46,342 nt of DNA from Octopus bimaculoides (Eukaryota). This document shows, piece after piece, positions 12,008 to 24,461 of this stretch (position 1 is the first letter of the stretch; each line of letters starts with the position of its first letter). The position numbers and the translations under genes are program-made. Below the pieces are notes generated by a model. The model searched no databases, was not told the origin of the DNA, and worked only from the letters and a program-made list of their open reading frames with translations. The stretch is taken from NCBI RefSeq assembly GCF_001194135.2, contig NC_068984.1:120690241-120736582 (forward strand), given 5' to 3'.

Positions 12008-12440
12008 TATGGCTTCCAGCAAGATTTTGTTCACTCCGATATGGCCTTCGCTATCTAGGAATGGGTGGCTGAGAATTCTCAGTCATGTTATCTCCGGTAT
12101 GTGACCTCCTAGCTCTCCTGACATGAACCCTGTAGATTTCAACGCCTGAGATTTATTGAGAGGGAGACCAACCGATGTCCCAGCCCCACAATATGAAAGA
12201 ATGGCTGAGATCTGCCGTTGTGGAAGTGATGCGTAACATGAATGAGAAACCACCTGTTCCTAGCATCCAGTCGCTTCTGTGGCAGCACCGTGACCGACAT
12301 CAAGGCCAAGGGTGGTTTTTTATCGAGTAACCTGGTTCTTTAATAAATCTAGTTGAACATGTGTACTATTTCCTGTAAATACATTGTTTATCTATGTAAT
12401 ATCTGTTTAATTCTTTTCTGAAGTACTTGACACACCCTAC
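12008..12440 (+). pseudogene. Tc1/mariner-superfamily (maT/DD37D-like) transposase C-terminus with possible 3' TIR remnant
   Basis: With frameshifts: YGFQQD...EWVAEN...(W)PPSSPDMNPVDF...IERETNR.PHNMKEWLRSAVVEVMRNMNE...DIKAKGGF/IE* (stop at 12328-12330). gacacaccctacata at about 12429-12443 resembles a ...CACCCTG|TA terminus. Confidence 0.75.
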
Positions 12441-12445
12441 ATACA

Positions 12446-12449
<4 letters not shown>

Positions 12450-12513
<64 letters not shown>

Positions 12514-12835
12514 NNNNNNNNNNNNNNNNNNNNNNNNNNNNNNNNNNNNNNNNNNNNNNNNNNNNNNNNNNNNNNNNNNNNNNNNNNNNNNNNNNNNNNN
12601 NNNNNNNNNNNNNNNNNNNNNNNNNNNNNNNNNNNNNNNNNNNNNNNNNNNNNNNNNNNNNNNNNNNNNNNNNNNNNNNNNNNNNNNNNNNNGTGTGTGC
12701 TCGTGTGCGTGTGCGTGTGTGTATGTGTGTGCGTGTGCGTGTGTGCATGTGTGTGTGCGTGTGTGTGTGTGCATGTGTGTGTGCGTGTGTGTGTGAGTGC
12801 GTTTGTGTGTGCACGCGCGTGCACACATTCACGCG
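12450..12835. repeat. (GT)n and degenerate GT/GC repeats around an N-gap
   Basis: Seen directly. Gap at 12514-12692. Confidence 0.95.
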
Positions 12836-13754
12836 TGTTGCTATTGGTACTATCGTAGTTGGTGTTCTTGTTTACAATTTTCATCGGAGTTACAGTTTTA
12901 TTCGTCGATTAAATGTCTTTCATTTCATTATACCAGCTGAAATAGAACAGACGTTGTTTTGAGAAAGTCGCCATTACCACGATGTCATGTCGACAAGACA
13001 CTGCACTTTTCTTTAAAATGTCAACTGGTCTATTGAGATGTTATCTAAACAGCTCAGACTGTTTTCTTCCATTCTTGAACAATCAGATTAGCTGCTCTTG
13101 AAAGTAACGGAAATTTCAGTTTTATGAGGACAATTTCACAAATCGAGACTCGCTGAGAGAGAAGACGGGCCTTACAAAAGGAGATCACATCTGCAAGCCA
13201 AAAATTAATCCTGCAGATATCGCAACCCCAGCACATGTCTGGGCATCAACAGTTACAGTATGTCGACCCACCGGCAAAATGCACTGATAACTGATGGATC
13301 ACCTTGGTCAGTCGAACACATCATTTCCACAAGAAGCAGGAGAGCAGATGTTCTAAATCGGTCAGACGAAAACTGAAGAAAGGCACGACGGTCAAATGGT
13401 AAACTATGATGGAGACAATATAAGTGTTCTCTACCTCTACCCGACCTTTCAGATATAGCTTCCTCTCGGCTCACTTCTGACTGAGGCTAATCACGTGGCT
13501 CATAATCGTGTTCTAGTTTCTGACTGTCAGGAGGTCTGAATTAAATCAAACCGCGAACACCGTCAGTCCAATGTTCACGCTACTTACCGATATGAATTTG
13601 CCTCTGCAAGCGCCGAGTTGCAAGCGCTGAGCTGCAAGCTCACCGACTTTTCTGGATTAATCGTAGCTCCTGAAACTTCATGTTTTCTTTTTCTTTTTTG
13701 AGTAGTGGCGGCCACCTCGACTTCAGTAGTGTCTGACATTATTACAGTTGTACA

Positions 13755-13916
13755 GGTGCAGGAGTGGCTGTGTGGTAAGAATCTTCCTTCCCAATCACAT
13801 GCTTCTGGGTTCAGTCCCACTGCATGGCACCTTGCGCAAGTATCTTCTACTATAGCCTCGGGCCGACCAAAGCCTTGTGAGTGGATTTGGTAGACGGAAA
13901 CTGAAAGAAGCTCGTC

Positions 13917-13980
<64 letters not shown>

Positions 13981-14205
13981 TTGCATGTATGTATTTGTGT
14001 GTTTGTGTGTCCCCCCACCATCGCTCGACTACCGATGTTGGTGAGTTTATATCTTCCGTAACTAAGCGGTTCGGCAAAAGGAGTCCGATAGAATAAGTAC
14101 TAGGCTTACAAAGGATAAGTCCTGGCGTTGATTTGTTCGACAAAAGGCCGTGCTCCAGCATGGCTGCAGTCAAGTGACTGAAACAAGTAAAAGAATATAA
14201 GAATA
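13755..14205 (+). mobile_element. SINE-A, full length, with a long internal (AT)n
   Basis: ggtgcaggagtggctgtgtggtaag head, gggttcagtccc B-box, (AT)n at 13918-13978, tail gcatggctgcagtcaagtgactgaaacaagtaaaagaata. Confidence 0.93.
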
Positions 14206-15074
14206 CGCCGATACGGCTTTTTTGAGCCCGCGTTCAAAAGTGATATGTTTCAGCAGTTCCACCTTCTGCAATTGTGACTTGAGAACCAGCACACACAGAG
14301 GTAAGCGGAGACAACCGCAACGGACTGAGTGTGCGCTACGAAACGGTCCCAAGAGGTGGACATTTATTCTGATGACTGAGCAGATGTTACTGTATATTGT
14401 ATGGATCCGTTAAAGACAGCAAGACAGCCCCTAAGTTGTATTGATTAGGGAAAAATTCCTTGAAATATCCTTCCGATAGTCTTTTTCCTAACATTTTTCG
14501 AACAATTCTAACAATGAACGAGGATTAATATATTGTTTAGAAGTAATTTGCTGACGTCGTCATCAGTAAACTATTATGAGTTGTTGAGGAATGAATTCCT
14601 CAAAAATCCTTCTTCTTTATTTCTATTTTATCTTCTAGATCTTTTGTTGTGTATTCTATCATCTTACTTCTGTTTATATTTATAAAGTTGAAATTGATAG
14701 AATTTGTTTTTAGGTACTTGGCTGTTTTTTGTCGTTTCTCTTGTCATTTTGGTGTGTTTATAGTCAACTTTTAACACAGCAGTTGTGCTAGAAGTTGACT
14801 AGTATGCGAGCTTTCTAGAGTTCCGTCTACTTTTCTCTCTTTTTTTTTTTGTAGCGGGACAAATCATTTGCGTCTTTTCTTTTAGCTCTTTTGATGACAA
14901 CTTGCTAAACTTCGGTTTGCTCCACCATGTTATTTGATATATAATTCGAGGATGAGGATAAATGTCTTATTGATACATGGGTGTGCACTTGGGCTGATAT
15001 TGAAGTGGTGGAGTCTTGTGGGGCTAAGCGGTACCATGTTAGTGACTTGTGGTTTTGCTACTAGTACTGTTATT

Positions 15075-15830
15075 CTTTTCTACTCAAGGCACAAGGCCCG
15101 AAATTTTTTTGGGGGAAGGGGCCAGTCGATTAGATCAACCCCAATACAAAACTGGTACTTAATTTATCGACCCCGAAAGGATGAAAGGCAAAGTCGACCT
15201 CGGCAGAATTTGAACTCAGAACGTAATGTTTCTGCCAGCTCGTTATTGCTACAGTTCTTTCTATTGTTCTTTTCGCTTGTATTGCTGTGGTCGTGGTACT
15301 AGCGCTAAAGTTTTCAGTCTCTTTGCTTCAGAAATTTGCCTTTCATCCTTTCAGAGTCGATAAAATGAGTACCAGTTGAAGACTGGGGTCGATGTAATCG
15401 ACTAGCCCTCTTCCCCGAGGTTGCTGGCCTTGTACCAAAATACGAAATCAATATTTCTAACAACTCTAAGGCAGTGAGCTGGTAGAATCGTTACCAGGTC
15501 GGGCAAAACGCTTAGAGCATTGGGGTCGATGTGAGTGACTTACCTCCACCTCGAAATTGCTGGCCTCGTGCCAAAATTTGAAGCCATTATTATTACTGTG
15601 TCCTGAGCGAAGAGCTTGCAGAATAGTTAGAGCATCTGACAAAATGCCTTGCCGTATTTCTTCCGACACCATGCATTCTGAGTTTAATTCCAACCGAAAA
15701 TAACTTTGTCTTTCATCCACCACCTCCGGAGTCGTGCACAGTCAAATACTGGGACGATAATATAGACTATAGACTATAGACTAATAACTTCACCTCAAGA
15801 CTCCTGGTCTTGTGCCTAAATCAGAAACAA
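15075..15830. mobile_element. Cluster of about four SINE-B copies or fragments (first on minus, the rest on plus)
   Basis: Repeated cgaaaggatgaaaggcaaagtcgacctcgg and gcctttcatcctttc...gtcgat motifs. Confidence 0.8.
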
Positions 15831-16406
15831 CTATTACTGCTATTTTTAAAAAGCATAATATGTACAGTATGTATATTTTTCATCGCTGCAATCTCTTTAT
15901 TAACTGTAGCAAAATTAAAGGCGCTAGCAGATTTTAGATCTTTCTTACCAAATAACTTGTTATTCTTACTGATATTACCTCGCTCTTAGGTCGGTATCTT
16001 TCGAAGATAACTGCGAATGTGCTTCAATGTATTCTGATTTTAAAGATTAAAAAAATGCATTTCAACTTTGGAAAAAATTGCTAAACGTTTGACACTCGGT
16101 GTAAGGCGTTGTTATATAAAGCATAAATAAAATCGTGTCTAGATGTAGTTAGTGACTTTCTCCTCAAAATGATCGATATTAAGTAAACAAACATGCACCC
16201 AAATGGGCGGAAACCGGGAATTTTGACAATAAATATATAAGTAAACAAAATAAAATGAAAATAAATTATGACGTTCATGTCAGCATGAGTTTTCCGCAGG
16301 GTTCTTGAAGCTTGATCAGTAAGCAAGTGTCACCTTAGTCTGCTGGCTGTGGACAGCTGACAATTTCCATCATACCCAGCAAAATAAAACTGAGAATTTT
16401 CCTGAC

Positions 16407-16407
<1 letters not shown>

Positions 16408-16461
<54 letters not shown>

Positions 16462-16644
16462 CAATGACTTTTCTACATTTTCTAGAGAAGGGTTAGATGA
16501 TTACATCGACTCCAGTACTTGATTGGTACTTTATTTTATCGACCACGAAAGGATGAAAGTAGATCTCAGCAGCATTTGAACTCAACGCAAAGATTCGGAC
16601 GAAATACTTCAAACCATTTTGTCCGGGTGAAGATGTTAATGGTG

Positions 16645-16680
<36 letters not shown>

Positions 16681-16700
16681 GCAGCAGCAGCAGCAACTGC
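16408..16700. repeat. (AAT)n, a minus-strand SINE-B fragment (about 16480-16630) and (ACA)n(GCA)n
   Basis: Seen directly. gattacatcgactccagtacttgattggtactttattttatcgacc is SINE-B antisense. Confidence 0.85.
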
Positions 16701-17012
16701 TGCATGGATGATTGTTAACGTAATTATAATATCCAAAATGATTTCAAACATCATCAAAATGAAAACGAGATTTAACAGGAAAATGAAGAAAGTGTTGTTA
16801 TATGAGTTGCAGTGTATACCACACATATTTTGTGTACTACTTGTGATTATCACATAAACTATATTGTTGAAATAACACACATATGTATATAAAATGAGGT
16901 TAACGTGGAAGACAAACAAAACAGTGGCACAAACTGTTGAATACAAACAAAACAACAGGAAAGGAATGGTACAGTAAATAAGTACAACTGATACGCAGTT
17001 TGCTATTTGTAC

Positions 17013-17058
<46 letters not shown>

Positions 17059-17528
17059 CAACGTATACATACGTTGTATACTGGAGACAAACAAACGAAT
17101 CAGACTGTCTAAAAATAAAACCCATGCTATTTAAATAAAGACAAATAAAATATACCCAGGAATAAATCAATCAGCAAAGAAAACAATGATGAATTTCGTA
17201 GTATGTATCTATTACGTAATTCACAGGCGGTGTTCTGTTAAAAGATTGATGCCCTAACAGAAATACCCGTCATTTAATGTCAGCATCCAAAATAGAAGCA
17301 AAATTAAAAAAGAACTCTGGACCAATGAAGATTTGTTTAAAACACGTCAATATTTCATAGAAAACACTTAAGTATTATAAAAGACACATGAGTTACGGAG
17401 AAAAAAGAACAACTTAGTGAAAATATTACAGCAATACTCTAATGAACGTAGGGAGATTAGTATCAATCAATGAAATCCTCCAGAAACTAAAATAGAGATG
17501 TTTATACATAGAATATACACTGAAAATA

Positions 17529-17859
17529 TCAGGTCATCCCATAAGTTCTGTCTGAATTTTGAATAAAGAAAACAAGTGATCAAATGCTATATTTAATTGA
17601 AATTTAATCGTCAATGTACTTTCCCTGATTATCTATGACTTCCTTCCATCTATTTACAAGCATTTTAACCCCATCAATGTAAAACTCGTTTGGTTTCAAA
17701 GCGAAAAATTCTGAAATGTCAGTTTCGACATCCTCCTGACTTGCGAAAGTTATGTCCCCCAAATGATTCTGTAAACTACGAAACAAGGAGCAAGGTCGGG
17801 AGAATAAGGTGGATGAGGAATTTTTTTCCCAACCAAGCTCTTCGATCTTCTGTGATATG
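17529..17859 (-). mobile_element. Mariner transposon 3' end (transposase C-terminus plus TIR), cut by a gap
   Basis: IEELGWE/KIPHPPYSPDLAP/LFRSLQNHL...FASQEDVETDISEFFALKPNEFYIDGVKMLVNRWKEVIDNQGKYIDD* (stop at 17604). A small deletion removes the third catalytic D. TA|TCAGGTCATCCCATAAGTTCTGTC is a TIR-like end at 17527-17552. Confidence 0.92.
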
Positions 17860-18346
17860 NNNNNNNNNNNNNNNNNNNNNNNNNNNNNNNNNNNNNNNNN
17901 NNNNNNNNNNNNNNNNNNNNNNNNNNNNNNNNNNNNNNNNNNNNNNNNNNNNNNNNNNNNNNNNNNNNNNNNNNNNNNNNNNNNNNNNNNNNNNNNNNNN
18001 NNNNNNNNNNNNNNNNNNNNNNNNNNNNNNNNNNNNNNNNNNNNNNNNNNNNNNNNNNNNNNNNNNNNNNNNNNNNNNNNNNNNNNNNNNNNNNNNNNNN
18101 NNNNNNNNNNNNNNNNNNNNNNNNNNNNNNNNNNNNNNNNNNNNNNNNNNNNNNNNNNNNNNNNNNNNNNNNNNNNNNNNNNNNNNNNNNNNNNNNNNNN
18201 NNNNNNNNNNNNNNNNNNNNNNNNNNNNNNNNNNNNNNNNNNNNNNNNNNNNNNNNNNNNNNNNNNNNNNNNNNNNNNNNNNNNNNNNNNNNNNNNNNNN
18301 NNNNNNNNNNNNNNNNNNNNNNNNNNNNNNNNNNNNNNNNNNNNNN

Positions 18347-18518
18347 ACACACACACACACATATACGACGGGCTTCTTTCAGTTTCCGTCTACCAAATCC
18401 ACTCACAAGGCTTTGGTCGGCCCGAGGCTATAGTAGAAGACACTTGCCCAAAGTGCCACGCGGTGGGACTGAACCCGGAACCATGTGGTTGGTAAGCAAG
18501 CTACTTACCACACAGCCA
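18347..18518 (-). mobile_element. SINE-A 5' half
   Basis: Close match to the other heads. The internal (CA)n abuts the gap. Confidence 0.92.
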
Positions 18519-18539
18519 TAGAAGATCCATTTTTCTCGA

Positions 18540-19090
18540 AATTGCTGGCTTCGTGTAGAGACAATACAACTAGCATAATGAGACGGTTAGTCATATTATC
18601 TTCGATTGCTCAATCCTTGTTTAATTCAAATGTTGACACAGGCATGAATAAAATAGCAACTGTCTTCTGAGAAATATGAAAGTACTTCGACATGTAAATG
18701 GACGTGGTATAGACATGCACCAAACAAAGTACATGACAACAATCACTTGTGACATGCGTATTCAATTTGACAAGGTGGTCGTCGAGACAAAGTCCAGCTA
18801 TAATAATCAAAGACTGGAAGAAAATTACAAGAACGTTGATGGGTTTACGTTCCCTTGAGATGGAAAGGAAGGTGAGAAATCGTCAAACTACAAAAATCTC
18901 ACAACTGAAATAAATAGGATGTGAAATATAAAGGTAATTAGTACCAGTAATAATTGGAGTATTAGGTTTGATAAATTTGAGCAAAAACATAATCCATACC
19001 AAGAGATAACATCTCAGATAATCCTCATCCCTGCGCAAATATAGGAGCTACTAAGTACAACTTACACCTTTCTTTAAGTTCAGTAGCATA
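18540..19090 (+). pseudogene. R4/Dong-like non-LTR retrotransposon 3' relic (zinc knuckle plus restriction-like endonuclease)
   Basis: With stops and frameshifts: ETVSHIIFDC...HRHE, KWTWYRHAPNKV, TITCDMRIQFDKVV...IIIKDWKK, EKSSNYKNLTTEINRM*NIK...VPVIIGVLGLI. These match the ET..HI...C, RH, PD and K..KY..L..E motifs of RLE-clade elements. Confidence 0.8.
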
Positions 19091-19369
19091 ACTGAATCAT
19101 CACATCTACACAAGACACAATAACCACCCAATAAAATTACACAACAAACATTCCTTCAAAGACGATACTCGACACTACCGATAGATGTTATCAACAACTC
19201 ATTACTTACATTCTACACACCTGCAACAAACCACACACTTCATAGTTGACAAAATCACTGCCTGTCACTCAAACACATAACCCCAATTACACGGAATATA
19301 CGAAACATTCACCACCCAACAAAACATCGCAACTCACACTGCACATATTTTACAGAACAAACAAAATAT

Positions 19370-19802
19370 CGATTTCAAATTTTGGCAAAAAGCCAGCAAG
19401 TTCGGTGGGAGGGGCTAAGTCGATTACATCAACCCCAGTGTTCAACTGGTACTTATTTTATCGACCTCAAAGGATTAAAGGCATAATCAATTTCGGTAGA
19501 ATTTTAACTCAGAACGTAAACACGGATGAAATGCCGGTAAGCATTTTGCCCGGCGTGCTAACGATCCTACCAGCTCACTGCCTTCGAACAAACGAAATAT
19601 TCTTTTCTACTCTAGGTACAAGGCCCAAAATTTTGGGGGAGGGGGCCAGTCGATTAGATCGACCCCGGTACGCAACTGGTACTTAATTTATCGACCCGAA
19701 AGGATGAAAGGTAAAGTCGACCTCGACGGAATTTGAACTCAGACGAAATACCACTAAGCATTTCGTCCGGCGTGCTAACGTTTCTGCCAGCTCGCTGCCT
19801 TA
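19370..19802 (-). mobile_element. Two tandem SINE-B copies
   Basis: Antisense SINE-B motifs at about 19370-19575 and 19600-19802. Confidence 0.88.
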
Positions 19803-19899
19803 AACAAACGTAATATGGCACAAGAAATAAGGCCAGGAATTTATGGAAAGGTAACAGTCAATTATACCAACCCCGTTACTTGACGAGTACTCGTCAATC

Positions 19900-20305
19900 T
19901 CAGAGTTGTCACCCACCTTTCGATAAACAAACTGGAAAGCAGCATATCCCTCTCTGCTGTCAATCTCCTATTCAAATAGTCCTTAAAGAAGTCCATGCAA
20001 ATTTGGCTGGAGAGTAAAATACCTGTCTTCAAATCTATTAACCTTGTTCACACACGTCCCCACGCTGTAGGCATTAGGCAGAAGAAGACTAGCCACCTTT
20101 CTCTGCAAAAGTAAGGCAGTCGATAAATTTTCACTGCAGGTTTTGTTGGTCGATAGATCCATTCTACAACAGTTGTTCAAAATAAACCTCCATGTCGACA
20201 ATGCATGAACAGTGACCGAGAGTGTGCAGGTCGGTTTCGTCAAACTATGTACATTTTGGGCAAATTTGATTGTCAGTACTTCCTTGTTTGTAGAGCTTGT
20301 CTCAA
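19900..20305 (-). pseudogene. Tx1/L1-group LINE ORF2 C-terminal relic
   Basis: LV*DKLYKQGSTDNQICPKCT*FDETDLHTLGHC (CCHC knuckle) and, after a frameshift, DFFKDYLNRRLTAERDMLLSSLFIERWV. Confidence 0.72.
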
Positions 20306-20462
20306 ACAAGCTATTTTCTCTTTTTATATCACTGCCAGGTCAAGCACTTTAGGGTGTTAAAAAAATCCCTAACATTAAAACATCTTCAAGAAAAGATTAT
20401 TAAATGTTGTTCATTCTGTCCCCGTCGACACTCAGAATGTATGCATGTATATGTGTATGTAC

Positions 20463-20464
<2 letters not shown>

Positions 20465-20521
<57 letters not shown>

Positions 20522-20552
20522 CGTGTGTGTGTGTGCGTGTGTATGTGTGTGT
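20465..20552. repeat. (GT)n microsatellite
   Basis: Seen directly. Confidence 0.98.
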
Positions 20553-21423
20553 GAAACACATTAAAATTTATTGAGAGATGTATTTCAGCAAGTCATGCAA
20601 GTATTTTGTAGCGACTGTATACAAAATGGCAAATGCTTTATTCCGAAGAATGCAAAGGGAGATGCACTGAAATATCCATTCCACCACATGGGCTCGTTCC
20701 TGTGGATGGCTACCTCTATTGCGATCAGAGTGAATACGAAAGGGGATCGGGGTCCCAGGATGTCTGGCGTTTCCATCACTAAATGTTCGCAATGGTACCT
20801 GACGAAGAGCAACAGGTGCTTTATGAGCTTGCGATGTTCAGTCTTTTGAGTAACAAAACCTGGGTCCCTCTCCCATTTCTGCAGAAGATCGCATCCCTAA
20901 TTAAAGATTTGAAACCTCAGAATAGCTCATTACAATTTAGCATCAGAGTTAGACTCAACTCTTCGCCATCAATAGGTAGTCATGGTTACAATTTAGCGCC
21001 AACAGTTGAATGGTTGAAACGCTCGAAAAGATTGAGAAGAGAACTCTACTTCTCGGTCAATCTCTCTTCAACTACTTCAGTTCCTCTTCAAACGAGAAGT
21101 GTTACCCTGTAACACATATGATGAAATGTGAGTGCAGTTTACGAAACTGGGACGTATGAACGGACCGATTCCTAAACTGTGTCTAGTGTTCGTAGCCGAA
21201 AGAGAGTAACTGTCCAGAGTGCTAAACGGGCAGTGTCTTGGATCATTCATAGGTGTAAGTTTCTATCCTTGTACGTGCATTTGTTTGTTTTATATTGTCA
21301 TATATTTTTCATTTTTTTTTTTGCGTTAATGTATATGTATAAGTCAACATATTGGTTTGCAATAATTTCTTGTAAAATGTTTTGTATGCATGTGTGAGCA
21401 ACTTTTGGACACTATAGAAAGAA

Positions 21424-22030
21424 TCTGGCAGAATTGTTAGAACATCCGAGAAAATACTTTGCGGTATTTGTTCTGGTTTCTTACGTTCCTGATTCAAATC
21501 ACGCCGATTTCAACTTTGGTTTTCATATAACCGAGATCGATAAAATAAAGTATCAGTCAATTATTTGTATCGATATAATCGATTTCCCCCTTATCCTTCA
21601 TATCTCTGACCTTGTTTTCATAACAGTAATTATTACTATAGATTGAAAGAAGGCGGTGAGCTTAACAGCATTTCCTCTGTCCTTACATTCTGAGTTTAAA
21701 TTCCGCCGAGGTCGACCTTACCTTTTATCTTTACGAGATCGATGAAATAAGTACCAGTTGAATACTGAGATTGATGCAATCGATTTAGCCCCTCCCCCGC
21801 AATTGTTGGTCTTGTGCAAAAAGTTGAAACCATTATCATATATTGAAAAAGAGCGGTCAATAGATAGAATCGTGACGGCGTTGAATAAAATGCTTTGCAA
21901 TATTTGTCTCGGCTCTTTATGTATTGAGTTCAAATTCGCCGAGGTCAGTTTAACCTTTCATCTTTTCGGTATCGATTAAATAAAGTAACTGTCAAGTACT
22001 CGGCTAACTTTGATCCTTGAAATATTTGGC
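21424..22030 (+). mobile_element. Three degenerate tandem SINE-B copies
   Basis: Recurrent gagttcaaattcgccgaggtc...tcgatgaaataagtacc motifs. Confidence 0.8.
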
Positions 22031-22340
22031 TTTGTGCCTATGTATGAAATTATTATTTATAGATTGGAAAATTTCTTAATCATGTCACAACAGTAAGATA
22101 TTTGATGCAATTAAGATACTCTACAAGTTTTATAATAATTTAGAAAATTGATACTGCAATCCTGCCAGTAAAGTAGTTACAGATTTATGAAATATAGTAA
22201 ACGCCCGTATATAGTTACAGATGATTGAGTAAAATGCAGTGGTGCCTCCCTACTCAGAATTACTTTAAAGGTTAGGTGCGTATTCTAAAAGCTAAGAAAT
22301 TTCATGATCTGCAACAGTATCAGATCTCTCATCTATGTTA

Positions 22341-22378
<38 letters not shown>

Positions 22379-22380
<2 letters not shown>

Positions 22381-22935
22381 TCCCGGATGCAGTAACAGGC
22401 AGTGGCTCTCATGGCTTCTGATCTTAATTAATTGGAAGTGTTATCATGTACATTGTTTTGTCTTGGTATAAAAAGATGGGCTACAGCAAATATTCTGCTT
22501 AATACCACAGATTTGCTTGTCATTTGTTTGACCTTAACCAGTTGAGCATGTCCCTTGGTGGCTGACGATATGTGCATCTCTGATCATGAGCAGAAGTAGT
22601 GAGGGAGCATCATAGCCATGTGTTGAGAGGAATTCTTTGGGGTTTGGATAATTCACCTTTGGAAACATGGATGTTTTGCTCAACATCCTTAAACAAACCT
22701 TATTCAGTGACCTTTTGAGCGGGATGGGCTACTCGACCTGAAGAAAATTCTAACTGGGCCTCACCTGCGAGGTCATGCGCTGTTTATCTTGATATGAGAT
22801 TACCATGTCGCGCACATATGGTTGTGATGCATGTGCCTGGTGTACCCTTATCAGACGGGTAGTCATGATGGGTATAACGGGCTTCGTATATTTTACCCCA
22901 GTGTCACTTTGATGGCATGCACTGCTCTCTCACTC
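22379..22935. mobile_element. Unclassified element of about 555 bp embedded in (AAT)n
   Basis: Complex non-coding block with higher GC than its flanks, bounded by (AAT)12 on the left and aatgataataataataa on the right. Only one copy in the window. Confidence 0.5.
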
Positions 22936-22957
22936 AATGATAATAATAATAACATTC

Positions 22958-24001
22958 TTTCTGCTATAGGCACAAAACCTGAAATTGGGGAGGAAGAGGC
23001 TGGACGGTTGCATTGATCTCACTACTTGACTATTATTTTATCGACACCAAAAAGATGAAAGGCAAAGTTGACCTCGGTGAAATTTGAAATCAGAACGTAA
23101 AACCGGAAGAAATGTCGCTAAGTATTTTGTCCGGTGTGTATAACGATCCTACCAGTTCACTGCCTTAACAGTAAGAATAATGGTTTCAAATTTTAGCAAA
23201 GGCCAGCAATTTCAGAGGAGCGGGTAAGTTGATTACATCGAGCCCCAGTGCTTAACTGGCACTTGTTTCATCGATCGCGAAAAGATTAATGGCAAAGTCG
23301 TCTACGGTAGAATATGAACTCAGAACATAAAGGTTCTGCCAGTTCGCAGTCTTAATAATATTGCTTTCTGATATAGGCACAAGGCCTGAAATTTGGTGGG
23401 AAGCGGTTAGACGGTGATATCGAACCCCAGTACTTGATTGGTACTTATTTTATTGACTCCGAAAGGATAAAGGGCAAAGTCGACCACGGCGGAATTTGAA
23501 CTCAGAATGTAAAGACAGGCGAAGTGCTACTAAGCAGTTTGTCCAGCGCGCTAACAATCTGCCAGCTTGCCGCTTTATTAAGGATATTTCTTTCTTCTAT
23601 AGGCACAAGGCCAGAAATTTAGGGACAGCTAGAATAGTCAATTACATCTGCCCCAGTGTTCAACTGGTACTTTATTTTATCGACCATAAGAGGATGAATG
23701 GCAACGTCGACCTCGGCAGGATTTCAGCTCAGACGGAAGAAAATGCTGCTAAGCAGTTTGACATGCTAACGATTCTGATAGCTCATTGATTTAATTAATA
23801 ATCCATTCTATTATAAGCACAAGGTCTGAAATTTAGTGGAAGGGGGGAAGTCGATCACATCGTCCCAAGTATGTAACTGGTACTTATTTTATTGGCCCAG
23901 GAAGGATGAAAGGCAAAGACGACCTCGGCTGAAATTAAACTGGGACTGTAAAGACGGACGGAAAACGATCGGCGAGCTAACGATTCTGCAAGCTCGCCAC
24001 T
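22958..24001 (-). mobile_element. Head-to-tail array of about five SINE-B copies
   Basis: Units start at about 22960, 23180, 23365, 23590 and 23810, each with ggcacaagg...atcgac...ggtactt...aaggcaaagtcgacctcgg. Confidence 0.87.
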
Positions 24002-24426
24002 TCAACATTTTTACTGCGTCGAAATAGTCGATTGATCAATCATATTTATATCTACGAGAGGCGGCTCTCAAATGATACAGCGAGGTACAATGGCATGCCA
24101 CAAGTTGTAGATTTAGTGGTATACAGAAATAACTGTTTCTATAGTTTTCCTTTTAATTTATGTAATTGTTTTTTTGTGTGAAAAGAAGAGAGAAAAAAGT
24201 AGAATCTGAAATTCTAAATATAAAGTCTTGATAATTACGATCAATGATTTATGAACCTTAAATTAGTTTTTACTAACAGAAACACTGTCTGTGTTTTCGA
24301 CTAGTTTATTTAACACACACATACGCGCGCGCACACACATAGTGGCACGTACACACATACATACACATGTATATATAGAGAATTACAATGAATCTATATA
24401 CACATACACACACATACATATGTGTA

Positions 24427-24461
<35 letters not shown>

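Noticed and set aside
13090-13450. Possible Tc1 N-terminal relic on the plus strand
   Set aside because: Only vague similarity and no diagnostic motif.
20570-21100. Possible Tx1 endonuclease remnant (RNGRGTQVLLLKRL, FTLIAI) upstream of the Tx1 relic
   Set aside because: Motif matches are too short and would need a multi-kb deletion. Not supportable by eye.
22800-22935. HDV-like ribozyme at the end of the unclassified element (GTGCATG/CATGCAT pairing)
   Set aside because: P1 could pair, but P1.1, P3/L3 and J4/2 were not found in the required order.
22958-24001. CRISPR-like or satellite array
   Set aside because: The units are diverged SINE-B copies of about 200 bp in a eukaryotic context, with no constant short repeat and spacer structure.
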